Assembly: GCF_001194135.2 (NCBI RefSeq)
Contig: NC_068991.1
Location: forward strand, 8,606,450 to 8,670,449
Origin: Octopus bimaculoides
Taxonomy: Eukaryota
Length of the DNA: 64,000 nucleotides
Direction of reading: 5' to 3'
A program made the translations under genes and the position numbers. Within the stretch, counting starts at the first letter, position 1. Every line of letters begins with the position of its first letter. The notes beneath the pieces are model-generated. The model was not told where the DNA came from. It saw only the letters and a list, made by a program, of their open reading frames with translations, and made no database searches. Below are positions 26,401 through 40,500 of the stretch, piece by piece.

Positions 26401-29400
26401 GTCAAGTATGGGGTTTGATTTAATCAAGTTGTCCCTTCCCTCAAAATTGCTTGCTCTGAACTCTGCAACAGAATGGCATCTTGTTGAGCGGGAATGTGAC
26501 TTTGGTCACTTATATGCCAGGGAAACCAGATGTGGGGCCTTGTGAGTTTTAGGGTTCAAGTAAAATATTAGAAAAAAGATGGTACTAAAAAATTTGAGGT
26601 GTGTATTATGCATGAATTTTTACATCAAATATGGTGCTGCATAGACACACCTGTGCCAGTGGCATGTAAAAAGCACTCAGCACATTCTGTTAAGTGGTTG
26701 GTGATAGGAAGGGCATCCAGCTATAGAAAACCTACCTCAACAGAGAGTTGGAGTTTGGACAGCTCCCAGCTGGCCAGCTCCACTCTTACCGTCCAACCCA
26801 TGCCAGCGTGGAAAATGGACATCAAACAATAACGATGAGGATAATGTTTATTTTATTTTATTTTATTTTAATTATTTAGTGCCAGGAACAACTATCAAGT
26901 GATGAGGAAATATTTATTCAGATGACAAAAGAAAATAACCTACTGAAGGAAAAATTAAAAGAAATGGTAATAACCCTTTCTTTTTTCTTCTCTTTTTTTT
27001 TGTACTTTGAACTGTGAGACATCAGTGTTTCCCTTGTTCCTTTGTTATTAGATTCTTCTTTCCGAAATAGAAGTTTGAATTCTGTTTCTTAAATTCTCTT
27101 ACAAAGAGTGAATGCTTGCAAGAAAAAGAACACATTTTGGCACTTTCTGAAGAGAAAGTTAAACAGCAACAACAACAACTTCTTGAACAACAAATACAAC
27201 TTGATGAAATGAGGAATTCCCTAAAGGTAAATGGACATTATATTTTAACCCTCAGGGGATGACAGGGCTAATCTGTCGGCTGAAAAGTCAAATAACAAAG
27301 AAGATTGTGTTATTTCATTCAATTTCCTACAAGAATATATATAGTTTTATATATGCAATGTTATTAAATCTTTTAATTGTTTCAGCTTCAAAGCTGAGGT
27401 ACTACCATTGACTATTATTTTATTTTTTATGATTTTCTAAAAAAAAATAATTGCATGCCCTCTGTAGGGCTTGTGAAAAGGGCTCCATCTTCTTGGCACT
27501 GAAACTCCAAATAAGGCTCTGTTTCCAAAGGGTTAATATATTTCTTTTTTAATTGATTTGATCGATGAGAGGGGTGGAGTCTGTATCCATAGTCTTTATA
27601 GGCCTGCCAAAACTAGTGAAATGAATGCAGTTGATATGCTTTTTGGATAATTGCAACTCCAGGTAAAACAGATGAGAGGGGAGTTCTCTAGAGAACTGAC
27701 ATTCTATCTGGGAAGGAAGGATTTGGGTGATGTGAGGTGGAGAAGTAAGTGAGCCAGGTAGACCCGGGTGAGCTTGGATGGAGGTGGCATGAGACTGTCT
27801 GGCTTAGAAGAGTAGAGGCAACGGCAGTAATAGTAGAAAAGGCAAAGAAGACAATAGATGGCACATCTGTGGTCTAGAGATTGGAATGTGTTAGTGAGCG
27901 ACTCTGTGCCAATCTGGTCACCTATTGCAGAGATTTTTGGAACGTAATACCTCTGCAATAGGTGAAAATCCATGAAGTAGAAACAGTACTGTTTCTACTT
28001 CATGTTTAAAAAATAAAATAGTAATTTGAAGGAAAATATCTCAAAAATCAAAAAAGTAAATTTGAGTTCCTTGTTATGTTTATAGCCTTTTGTTTGAACA
28101 TGTTATTTGTGTTATTGGTCCAGCAGTTTAAATTCATTTTTAGCCAATGATTTACATATTAATCACTTTGGAAATTAAAGAAAATTTATTTCACTTGTAG
28201 GAATGTAGTTATCTGAAAGAATGTTTATTTGGAGTTTATTTATCCAATTTTTTTTTAAAATTTAGTCTCCACCTAGTTGTGAAGATGTTCAGACAATTGA
28301 AAAACTCCACATTCGCCCTCAGACTGTACCTATACAATATGTAAGTATTTCCAGAACTTTCTGGCCTCTGAGTTTGACCAAATGAATACTTTACCATATC
28401 TGTTATTTACCTTGAAGCTTTATTGACCAAGAGATTTAGATTTTTGGTTGTTTCTGTGTACCAAAGATAGATTTTTGAATCATCAGTCTTTGAAGAATGT
28501 GAAGCTGCATATTCTGTTGTGTCTGGGGAGAGTCATTCTCTTTTAGTGCCTCTCAATAACTATTGAAAAGGTTGCAAGACCAAGATGCAATGAAAATTTT
28601 AGAAAAATAAATAAGTAAATGAGTGGAAATTTTACCGGTGAGTGTGTTAAATTATAAGGCACTAAAAGAGAACGACTCTCTCCAGACACAACAGAACGAT
28701 AATATATATATGTGTCAAAAAGAAAATGATAGTTTAGGAATGTGTCCTTGAGAAAATAGTATTACTATGAGTTGTTTATGTAACCTGATATTCTCTGATA
28801 ATTCCAGAGCAGCCTGACATATCTTCGTCCTCCTTCTCGCCAAATACACACTAGTCCGGCCCTCTTCTCTTTGGAACGGATTATGCAGAACTTCCGTGCC
28901 CGCAGTCAGTTGTTGGTTGTGAACTTAGAAGACACTGATGAAGTCCTTCACCTCAGCTTTGATGACACTGGCCAAGGAGATGACATGTCTTTGGATAAAA
29001 TTCAGTCTGAAACATTCAAGAAGTAAGCCAAATTCCTGCTCTGTTTCCCTCTATCCTATCATCATCATCATCATCACCGTTTAACGTCCGCTTTCCATGC
29101 TAGCATGGGTTGGACGATTTGACTGAGGACTGGTGAAACCAGATGGCTACACCAGGCTCCAATCTGATTTGGCAGAGTTTCTACAGCTGGATGCCCTTCC
29201 TAACGCCAACCACTCCAAGAGTGTAGTGGGTGCTTTTACGTGCCGACAAAAAGTACTGTACTCCAATCTGTTGGTGACCCTTTGACTCTGTATAAATTTC
29301 TATTGCAAAACATTTGTACCCAACCCTGTAGTTATGTATCTGTGCATCATAATCATTATCATCAACATTTAATGTCGATTTTCCCTGCTGGCATGGGTTG

Positions 29401-29841
29401 CACCATTTGACAGGAGCTGACAAGGTCAGGGACCGCACTAGGTTCCATTGTTTGTTTTGGCTTGATTTCTACAGCTGGATGCCCTAGCAACCCAGAGTGG
29501 AGCTAAAGCAAAAGGGAATTGGATAATGTTTTAAATTAATGACAAAAATGAAAAGTTTGGATGAAGTTGAAAACCTAAATCTGGGATTATTGGACAACAT
29601 AAATGGAAATAGGAAGGAATCCCAAAGAGTGATGTTACTTAGAAAACCTCTCTAATTTGTTCTAGCACAGGAAAACAGATTGTAAAATGACGATGATGAT
29701 GACTAATAAACTGAGGCATTGGGAAGGTGGGTTAATGATTTGATGGTAGAAAGATAAGATGAACGTTTTTGTTAATGCTTATAAACTTTTGTATAACCAT
29801 ATACATACATACATATTTATACACAGACTTGTAGGCATACA

Positions 29842-29903
<62 letters not shown>

Positions 29904-31904
29904 GTTTTTTAAAATTGTGTATAATTTCGTGCCAGGACCTATTAGAAGAGTTAAATGTTTCATTTCTGTGTCTTATTCCGCAGAAATCATTCTGAAATCA
30001 AGAGGCGATCGACATTTAGAGTGGGAAAGTTAAGGTCAGACCAACAGGACACTTTTAAAGAGATTTCTTGTGACCAAGGTATGTATTCATGTATGTACAA
30101 ACACACGTACACTCACACACACACACACACATGCACATATCATCACACATATATACAAATGCAGCCATATGCTGTTACACCACTTGTACATGTACACACA
30201 TAACACACATATACACATAGACCCATATGTGTGTGTGTGTATATATATATATCCAAATTGATGGAGTGGAACAGGTAAAGTTCAGGCTACATGTGTTTCC
30301 TTGTTAGCTGTAACAAGATGCATCAAAACGATCGTTGTGAGCCATAAAGTTTCTTGTATATTCCATTCGTCCCCTGTCTAGGGAGGAATTATATATGCCA
30401 GCGAAAAACAAAACCAGTCTATGCGTTTTATGGAGTGATGTGAACTTAACAGATTGATAAAAATGGTTAATAAGTGAAGAATTCTGCAAACTTCTCTCAT
30501 CTTCATTGTTTAACGTCCGCTTTCCATGCTAGCATGGGTTGGACGATTTGACTGAAGACTGGTGAAACCAGATGGCTACACCAGGCTCCAATTTGATTTG
30601 GCAGAGTTTCTACAGCTGGATGCCCTTCCTAACGCCAAACACTCCGAGAGTGTAGGGGGTGCTTTTTATGTGCCACTGGCACGAAGGCCAGTCAGGCGGT
30701 ACTGGCAACGGCCATGCTCAAAATGGTGTATTTTACGTTCCACCTGCACAGGAGCCAGTCCAGTAGCAATGGCAATGACCTCACTCAAATGTCTTTTACT
30801 CTAGTAAAAGAAAATTATTTTCTTTTGATTAGATCCCATCACATGTGAAGTTTCCATTCAACACCTTGAAATGTCCACTACACGAAGTAGACAGCAGTTA
30901 TCTTCATCCAGTTCCATTGAAGAGGAACCACAGAATGAGATGACAGAAGCAGATGCGAAAATGCTTGAATCCAACCAAAAACTGTCCAATTTGGCTTCTA
31001 ATATCCGGTAGGTTCCATTTATGATCTTCCAGTTCTTACCTTCTTTTCAGTGTCTTTGAAATTTTCCTCCAAAGTCTCTTGTTTCTTCATCATCATCATT
31101 TAATATCTGCTTTCTATGCTGGCATGGATTGGAGGCGTCAACAAGAGCTCGAGAACCTAAGGACTGCATCGAGCTCCAATATCTGCTTTGGCATTGTTTC
31201 TATGGCTGGATGCCCTTCATAATGCCAGCCACTTTACCGAGTGTACAGGGTGCTTTCTTGCATGGCACCGACACCAGTGAGGTGACCAAGTAACTCACAA
31301 GACAAGACCTCTCAACAAGCTATGTGCTCGGTAATGAGAAATTAAAGTATGACAAAGGGTCAGAAACAGGTGACTTGCAGTCGTGGGGATAAGTACATGG
31401 CTTTTCCACTTGGTATGTCCAATAATATAGTAATAATGATAATCGTTTCTAATATAGGCACAAGAAATGGTAGAATTAAGAGGCTTAGTGTCTCATTTTT
31501 AAGGACATGGTTTTATTTTTGGTATGAGGCTTAGTGCCTCATTGTAAGGACCTTGAGTCCAAATGGAACATTAGTAAGAGCTTTATTACCTCAAATTGTA
31601 TGTTTACAAAAGATCAAATGTTTTAGAGAAGCAGAGATCAGCAGGTGTCTTCTGCCTTCCCTCATTAATACCATTAGGTTTTCATCATTCATCTCATTAA
31701 TGCTATTGTCCGGCCCGCAGCTATTACTTCTATGTAATGCCTTGATGACAAATTGAATGAAATAAAGTAGCTTGCTTGCCAGCCACATGGTTCCCGGTTC
31801 AGTCCCACTGTGAGGCACCTTGGGCAAGTGTCATCTACTATAGCCTCAGGCCAACCGAAACCTTGTGAGTGGTTTTGGTAGATAGAAACTGAAAGAAGCC
31901 CGTC

Positions 31905-31950
<46 letters not shown>

Positions 31951-33144
31951 GTGTGTGTATATGTGTCCGTGTTTTTCCCCCCCATCATCGCTTGACAACT
32001 GATATCTTTGTGGTTCAGCAAAAGAGACCAATAGAATAAGTACTAGGCTTACAAAGAATAAGTCCTGGGGTCGATTTGTTCGACTAAAGGTGGTGCTCCA
32101 GCATGGCCGCAGTCAAATGACTGAAACAAGTAAAAGAATAAAAGAATTATTTGTTCTACTTGTCTTTCAGGATGAAAGAACAGTTTATTCGGGAACTTGT
32201 TAAGAAAGGTAAAGATGCAACATTACTAAACAGACAATATGTACAGAAAATTAAGGAACAAGAAAAGGTTGGTTCGTTTCTCACTTGTCTTTGGTTTTTA
32301 AATTCTTAAATCTTTTTTTTTTTATCTATTTAATCCTTTAATATTTAAACTGGCCATATCAGGTCCAAATATTCTACCTGTTTTATGTTCAAACCAGCCA
32401 GAGCTAGCCTCTCACACCTAGCCTACAATGTCATTCTAAAAATCAACACTCGCATCATTAAAATCTTGTTGTTGTTGGCACTCCATCGCTTATGACGTCG
32501 AGGGTTCCAGTTGAACAGCCTGCTCGTGAAATTAACGTGCAAGTGGCTGAGCACTCCACAGACACGTATACCCTTAACGTAGTTCTCGGGGATATTCAGC
32601 GTGACACAGAGTGTGACAAGGCTGACCCTTTGAATTACAGGCACAACAGAAACAGGAAGTAAGAGTGAGAGAAAGTTGTGGTGAAAGAGTACAGCAGGGT
32701 TCGCCACCATCCCCTGCTGGAGCCTCGTGGAGCTTTAGGTGTTTTCGCTCAATAAACACTCACATCGCCCGGTCTGGGGATCGAAACCGCGATCCTATNN
32801 NNNNNNNNNNNNNNNNNNNNNNNNNNNNNNNNNNNNNNNNNNNNNNNNNNNNNNNNNNNNNNNNNNNNNNNNNNNNNNNNNNNNNNNNNNNNNNNNNNNN
32901 NNNNNNNNNNNNNNNNNNNNNNNNNNNNNNNNNNNNNNNNNNNNNNNNNNNNNNNNNNNNNNNNNNNNNNNNNNNNNNNNNNNNNNNNNNNNNNNNNNNN
33001 NNNNNNNNNNNNNNNNNNNNNNNNNNNNNNNNNNNNNNNNNNNNNNNNNNNNNNNNNNNNNNNNNNNNNNNNNNNNNNNNNNNNNNNNNNNNNNNNNNNN
33101 NNNNNNNNNNNNNNNNNNNNNNNNNNNNNNNNNNNNNNNNNNNN

Positions 33145-33211
<67 letters not shown>

Positions 33212-34531
33212 TGTGTGTCCTCTTCCAGGCTGGATGGATGATTGGCCAAGAAGCTCCTGTATGGTTTCAGAAGCAGTTCTAATGGGTGGCCTCTTGGGCA
33301 AGTGTCTTCTACTACTGCCCTGGACTGACCAATATACCTTGTGAGTGATTTTGGTCGACAGAAACTATGTGGAAGCCCATCATATATATATATATATATA
33401 TACGTGTGTGTTTGTGTTTGTTCTCCACTCTGCCACTTTACAACTGTGTTTGTTTGTTTATGTCCCTACAACTACGTGGCTTGGCAAAAAGGACCAATAG
33501 AATATGTACCACACTTATAAATAAGTACTGGGATTGACTTGGAGGTTTTGCCCCAGCATGGCCAGAATCCCAATGACTGAAGCAGCTAAAAGATATATTT
33601 ATAGAGACATGTTCTTTTACTCGTTTATTTGTTTCAGTCATTTGACTGCGACCAAGCTGGAGCACCTCCTTTAGCCGAACAAATCGACCCCAGGACTTAT
33701 TCTTTGTAAGCCTAGTAGTTATTCTATCGGTCTCTTTTGTCGAACCACTAGGTTATGGAGATGTAAGCACACAAACTTCGGTTGTCAAGTGATGGTGGGG
33801 GGGGACAAACACAGGCACATATATATATGTGGAAGGTTCGCTAGTATGGGCCACAAGTTTGATATCAATAAACTTACCAGCAACACCATTTACAAAGTGT
33901 GGGGATGTGATTCGTTTATCACTGATTAATTAATCACTTTTCTTCTTTTTTTAACTAAACCTTCGTGATAAACGCGAATAGATGTGTAGATGGGCAACAA
34001 ACAAGGGAGGCTACTTAGTTATATAGTCACTGCTCGTAGTTCACTGACCGTCAGTTATCTAACTTAGTGCCGCTATGTTGTTATCTTTGCAGGATGTATT
34101 TAAAGAAGATTGAGGATGCAGAACAGAAGATCTCTACCTTGCGGAAGCAACAGAAGGAAACAGTCAAAGTCGCCAACATTACATCACAAAATGAGAAAAA
34201 GTAAGTTAACGATGATTCACACCAATGTTAATTCAGGTTTTGACACAGCAACAAGAGCAGCAAAGGAAACCAATGTGTCTGTACACATATATATATACAG
34301 ACACACACACACACACACGAGAATCATCACCATCATCATTCATTTCATTTTAACGTTCACTCTTCCATGCTCAGATGGAGTTTATTGGGGCAGATGTTTT
34401 ACAGGTGAAGGCCCTTCCTGTCACCAACCCTCACCTGTTTCCAAGCAAGCTAATATTTTCTCATGACAGCATATTGGAAACAAATGTATTGTATGACAGC
34501 GACAGCGATTTACAACTCCATACGATGTCAA

Positions 34532-34572
<41 letters not shown>

Positions 34573-37500
34573 AAGTGGTTGGTGCTCAGAAGGGCATCCA
34601 GCTATAAAAACTTTGCCAAAACTGACCTCCCCAGTGCTTGTGCCATGAAAAAAGCACCAAGTCCACTCTGCTGAGTGGTTGGTGTTAGGAAGGGCATCCA
34701 GCTGTAAAAATCCTGCCAAAACAGTCACAGAAGCCTGGTGCAGGCGTCGGCCTGGCCGGCTCTTGTGAAACCGTCCCACCCATGCAAGCATGGAAGGCGG
34801 ACGTTAAAGAAGCACACCTTGGCCCTTANNNNNNNNNNNNNNNNNNNNNNNNNNNNNNNNNNNNNNNNNNNNNNNNNNNNNNNNNNNNNNNNNNNNNNNN
34901 NNNNNNNNNNNNNNNNNNNNNNNNNNNNNNNNNNNNNNNNNNNNNNNNNNNNNNNNNNNNNNNNNACTTTTATCAGTTTCTGAATATTATTTTCATAAAA
35001 GATATGCATAAATAATGAATGAGTGGAAATTGAACCGGTGAGTGTGTTAGATAATAAGGCATTAACTCTTTTGATACCAACCCAGCTGAAACAGCCTCTG
35101 GCTCAGTAGTACAAATGTCTTTTTTTCAAAAGTTCTGAATTAAAATTTTCCACCAAACCTTAGTCACAATTTGAGTTCTTAACACTAGCTGAATGATAAG
35201 TTATTTTACTAAATACTAAATTTTACTGATAAGTTATTTTACTAAATTCTTTGTTATATTTAAAATTAATTGAAAGAGACACAGAGCATCTCAGCAAAAA
35301 TATGGTAACAAAGGGGTTAAGACAATAGGATTCTCCCCAGACAACAAAATATCTTTTACTTGTTTTAGCCATTGGACTGTGGCCATGCTGGGGCACAACC
35401 TTGAAGGGTTTTGTCTCTTTTGCCAAACTGCTAAAATAACTGGCACTCTGTCGGTTACAACAACATGGGTTCCAGCTGGTTCGATCAACAGGGCAGACTG
35501 CTCATGAAATTAATGTTCAAGTGACTGAGTACTCCATAGACACGTGTATCCTTAACATAGTTCTCAGGGAGATTCAGCATGGCACAGAATGTGACAAGGT
35601 TGGCCCTTGAAGTACAGGTAGACTTTATTTTTGCCAGCTGAGTGGACTGGAGCAACATGAAATGAAGTGTCTTGCTCGAGGACACAGCATGCTGCCAGGA
35701 ATTGAACTTATGACCTTATAACTGTGAGTCAAATATCCTAACCACTTAGCCATAGGCCTTCGCTGCTGAACTGCTTAGTTATAAGCAAATAAACAAACCA
35801 ACATGGTTGTCAAGTGGTGGGTAGTGGGGGGACAATCTTGTAGATTTGGCTGTATTTATCATTTCTCTTTTTTCCCAGCGAGTGATGCAGCGAGAGAAAG
35901 TTCGTGTGAAGCAACTAGAACAGCGTAACCTCCAGCAGCAGAAAATCTTGAAAAGGAAAAATGAGGAAATTGCTCAAGCTCAGCGTAAACTACGTGGTGC
36001 TTCCTTGCCTCGAATTAACAGGTAAAACTTCTGTTTCCTTCTGGAAGAGATACCTTTGTATGTGCATGTGTGTGTGTGCGTGTGTTTATATATATATATA
36101 TTGGTTAGTAGAAAACCATGCCAAATCAGACTGGTGTCTGGTGTAGCCCCTCACCTTGCCAGGCCTGGTCAAGCCACCCAACCCATGCCAGCATGGACAA
36201 TGGACGTTAAATGATGATGATGAGTGAGTGTGCATGTATTACAATGAGAACAAGTGTCTGTTTAAGTCATTATGGTGCTAGACCAAAAGGTCAAAAGGTC
36301 ACTGGTTCATAGTTTGTCATTGATGCATATGTGAAACTGTTATTCCAAACATCTTTTTCTCTCCCTCCATTTTTTTTTATCTCTCTCCATTGTTTCCCAT
36401 CCTCATTCCTTTCTGTAGAAGAGCATAGGTTTGAAACATCAAAGACTTCTTCCATTTTCCCTGAGCGTCAAACTAATACATCTTATTTGTTGTTTTTTTG
36501 CCTGTCTGTCTTCTGTCTTTTTTTTTTGGTGGGTGGGGGGTGTACAATTTTAAACTCTATTATTACAATGCATCCATATATGTATTGGTATTTTAATAAA
36601 TTTTTGTTGATATTCTTTTTTTTTTTTTAATTCTAATCATGATTATCTCATTTGTAATATTGTGCAAACTTGGAGCCCAGCAGAAAGTCACAAATTTAAA
36701 GAGTTTTGGTACCTAAAATGAAGTAGTTTTGAAGGGCAATATCAGTTTGCCTTATTTTCGGCTTCATATGACTTCACCTTCATGTGAATCAGAAAGGAAA
36801 CTTCCATCAAAGATTCCTTGCTGATTACTGTTATTCTTGATGTTGATGGTTATGGTGGGAATGATGATGTTGATGGTGATGGTAGTGGTAAGGGAAAATT
36901 ATTCCAAACTGACTTCTGTTTTCTGGCAGTGGTAACCATGACTCAATGGAGGAGAAGAAACGACAACTGGACCTTGAAGTTGAGAAAATACTTGACCAGC
37001 GCCAACAGCTTGAAGAACTTCAGAAGGTTTGCTGTTTATGTCTTTTTTTTTTTTACTAAAAAATTTGAAGGGTGTTAAACTTGTGTTTTGTTAGCTGAAC
37101 AGTAAAACATCTCATAACCTACTGGTTTGTTGGGACATCATTAAAAGATTCCCCTTCAGTAGTTTCCTGTTGCTTTTACAACACACTTGGTATGAATTAA
37201 GATCAGTATTGTAAGCTAATAAAACCCTTGGTAGTAATAATGTATCTACTGCCTACGCCAATGAACTTTAATTCCCTGTGGCACCTATATACGGCTAAGT
37301 TGACTGAGTTACTCAAAATAGTGTTTTCCAGGGACAAAATGCAGTGAATTTCTTATATTACCATATTTGATGGCAATATAAGACACACTTTTCCCCAACA
37401 AAAAAATGTCTCAAAATATCACTTTGTGCCCTATATGCAAAATTGGCCCTACATAATGTGCTTTTGGATTGGATTGGATTGCCTCAGCATGTTCTCTCCA

Positions 37501-40500
37501 TCAACTATAGTCTGGTGTGGAGGCCATGAATTTAAGCTTGAGATCATCCTAGTTTGATGAGCCCCCCGGCTAGGCAGTCTGCACCAGACTTCTGTGTCAG
37601 TTTTGGCATGGTTTTTACAGCTGAATGCCTTTCCTAATACTAACCATTCCGCAGTGTGGACTGAGTGCTTTTTAGTTGGCATGGCACAGGTGAGGTCAGT
37701 TTTGGCATGGTTTTTAGGGCTGGATACCCTTCCAAATGCAAACCACTTTGCAGAAAATACTTGTTACATATACAAATAATTATTGGTCAGTGTAATTTGC
37801 ATAATTAAACAATATATAAATAAGGGAAATAACTCAAATGGGCCAATACTATGAATTTTGAATAAATATATATGTTAAGTGGTGATATACTTAATGTTTC
37901 ATGCAAAAAGAAAGGAGAAAAATATTTTCCTCTTAGTTGCACAAATTTAACAAACACCTAGCAGAAATTATTGGCAACTTATAAAGAAAAGGGGAGGTAA
38001 TTTTAATATTTAAATGCTTGTGCTCTTCGATTTCAGGAACTGCAAAGAAAAGAAGACATAATCAGCAACAAAGAAGCCATGTTGGCTGAGAAAAGTGAAT
38101 TAGAAATCAAGAAATTGCGGTCAAGTCAGATTTTGAATAAGGTTGTTCTTTTCTTTAAAGTCTAGTTTTATTCTCTAATGGTTCTCTTATGGTCATTATT
38201 GAAATGCCATGGTCAAGTAGATGAGCTGATGTCATACACAAACTGGCTGAATCAAAAGCATTATGAAATAGACAAATTGATTGAATAGACAAGGCAGGTG
38301 GTCAATCAAACTGGCTTTAATAAAACCAGTCAGACAGGATTGGTCAGCTGGATGAATTGGTTGGTCAGATAAGTTGAAAACAATGTTAATGTGATTGACC
38401 TGGTCTTATAGTCCCTTGATGATGTATTTCAAAGGCCGTGACTTTCATTACCTGATCTAACCACTATATACCTCTGTAATTATTTGTATCTAAAGCGTCA
38501 CCTTTACCTTTGTAGCAGTTGACAATGGTGCTGCTACACCAGTCATTGGGTATGACTCCTTCGTGTATCACCTGGTTAACAATATGGGTGACTAGGCTAT
38601 AGCCAACACTGCCAGATATTTTGAGCATCTCTGCACTGATTCCTGATGGGCCGGGGGCCTTTCCTGTCTCCATACTCTTAATTGCTTTATCTACCATGGT
38701 ACTGTCAACTTGGATAGCTGGTCCCTCTGTTGGGTCAACTCTCTTTCTCCCATTCATTCTCTTTACTGAGCAATCTTTCGTAGTGGCGTCTCCAAACCTC
38801 TTTCTTTGCAGCCTCAAGTCCAGGTATCAATACATTAAGGCTGTTTTGAGAAGCTCCATTTAATTGATCAATGAAAACATTACATCAATTTGAAACCGCT
38901 TTCCTACACCTCAATTTAAGTACCTAATTCAACTGAATCTTAATTATATATATATATATATATATATAATTCAACTGAATCTTTATTATATATATGATTG
39001 TTCTGGGACTCCAGACGTGTTATAAAACATTGTTTGGCATGTTCTCAGCACATGAAACTAATAGTAGCACATAAAAACATATATTGAGTTTATTAAATAA
39101 TATTTATCTTTCACCAGATGGAGTAATCTTTTTGTTGATCTTACCATCACGGAACAGTACAATATGTGTGTGTGTGTGTGTGGTATAGTATTTATGTCCC
39201 AAGTAGGGGAAAAAAAGGAAAGCAGAGAAAGAGAGATGGATTTAAATTGATCATAAATGCACTAAAGCCAGGTTTACAACCAACTCTTTGTGTGTGTTGA
39301 AGTTTGTCCTGGTTAGTTTTGTCAAGAATCACAAGAAATCTGTACAGCACCTACAACACTATTTAGTGCTAAGCTTACCATGGCTTCAGGTCAATCACCT
39401 TGAATCGTGGATGCCCTAAACTGTCCCTATCTTCTAATCAAATGAAAACTCTTTCTAAACTTGCTACAGCTTGATCCTGTAAGAGAAACTTTTAAGTCAG
39501 GATATATAAGAAATGAATATATTCATTTAACCACTTGACATTCTTAGGATTACAGCTGTTTCACAGCTTTCTCCATGCAGTAATAATTTTGGTGTGGAAT
39601 AAAACCATATTTACATGTTTGCATTAATATGCATGTTGTGCATTATACAATGCAATTGTATATTCACAACTCATTGCAAATAAAGAAAGCTTGCTCTTCA
39701 GACAAAGGTTGAGAGGTTTTTACATCTAGCCCTTCTACCTGCAACTTGCACACAATCCCAGGGTGCATTTAGGATACTTTTCCAAACGTCCACTGACATT
39801 GATGAGATAATAAAGGCAAAAATTCTTTCTGAAGATTTTCCAGGTGTTTTTCTTTGCCTTTCATTATGTTTCGGTTTTTAAAATATTTTCTGACACAATA
39901 TTTCTAGGATTTAATGGGTTTGTCTGCAAAACTGGTGTCGGTTGAAAAGACAATAGAGACCAAAAAGCTGGAGATGATCAGAGCATCTCAAGACCAGGAA
40001 GAGACTGTACAGAAAGAAATCGATAAATTAAAGCAGGTTCGTACCAATCTTAAGGAGCAACTGGCAACCCTTGATGAAAAACTGACTGATGGATGTTTGC
40101 TTAGTAATCAAGAGGAGAGACGGTAAGGCTGCTTTCTTCCATTTCCACTCTTCATGGCATTTTTGCACTGCTTCTTCTCTTCTTCACTGCACCGTAGATC
40201 CAGAGCTGATTACTGCACATGCTTTTGATCAAGTTAATACAGTGAAAATACTAATAAAAATACACGCTGTGAAAATACTAATAAAAATAAATACAAGCTT
40301 TCATATTTCTGGATAACAGTCTTATTTTGTTTATTTCGTCTGTTTGTAACAAATTTATAGCTTTTTTTCATAAGATGATTCGTGGTTAGCGGTCACCTTA
40401 ACTAAAATGAAATCTTTTGCATGAAGTTATATACTTTCTTGTTACTCTTATTTCTTTATTTCCCACAAGGGGCTAAACATAGAGGGGACAAACAAGTACC

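Noticed and set aside
30030-30040. Donor-like AG|gtcaga inside exon 19
   Set aside because: Using it puts exon 20 out of frame with an immediate TGA; the donor at 30079 fits.
31479-31551. Short direct repeats (also 9020-9055, 38925-38985)
   Set aside because: Two-copy slippage duplications without unique spacers in series; not CRISPR-like, and the DNA is eukaryotic.
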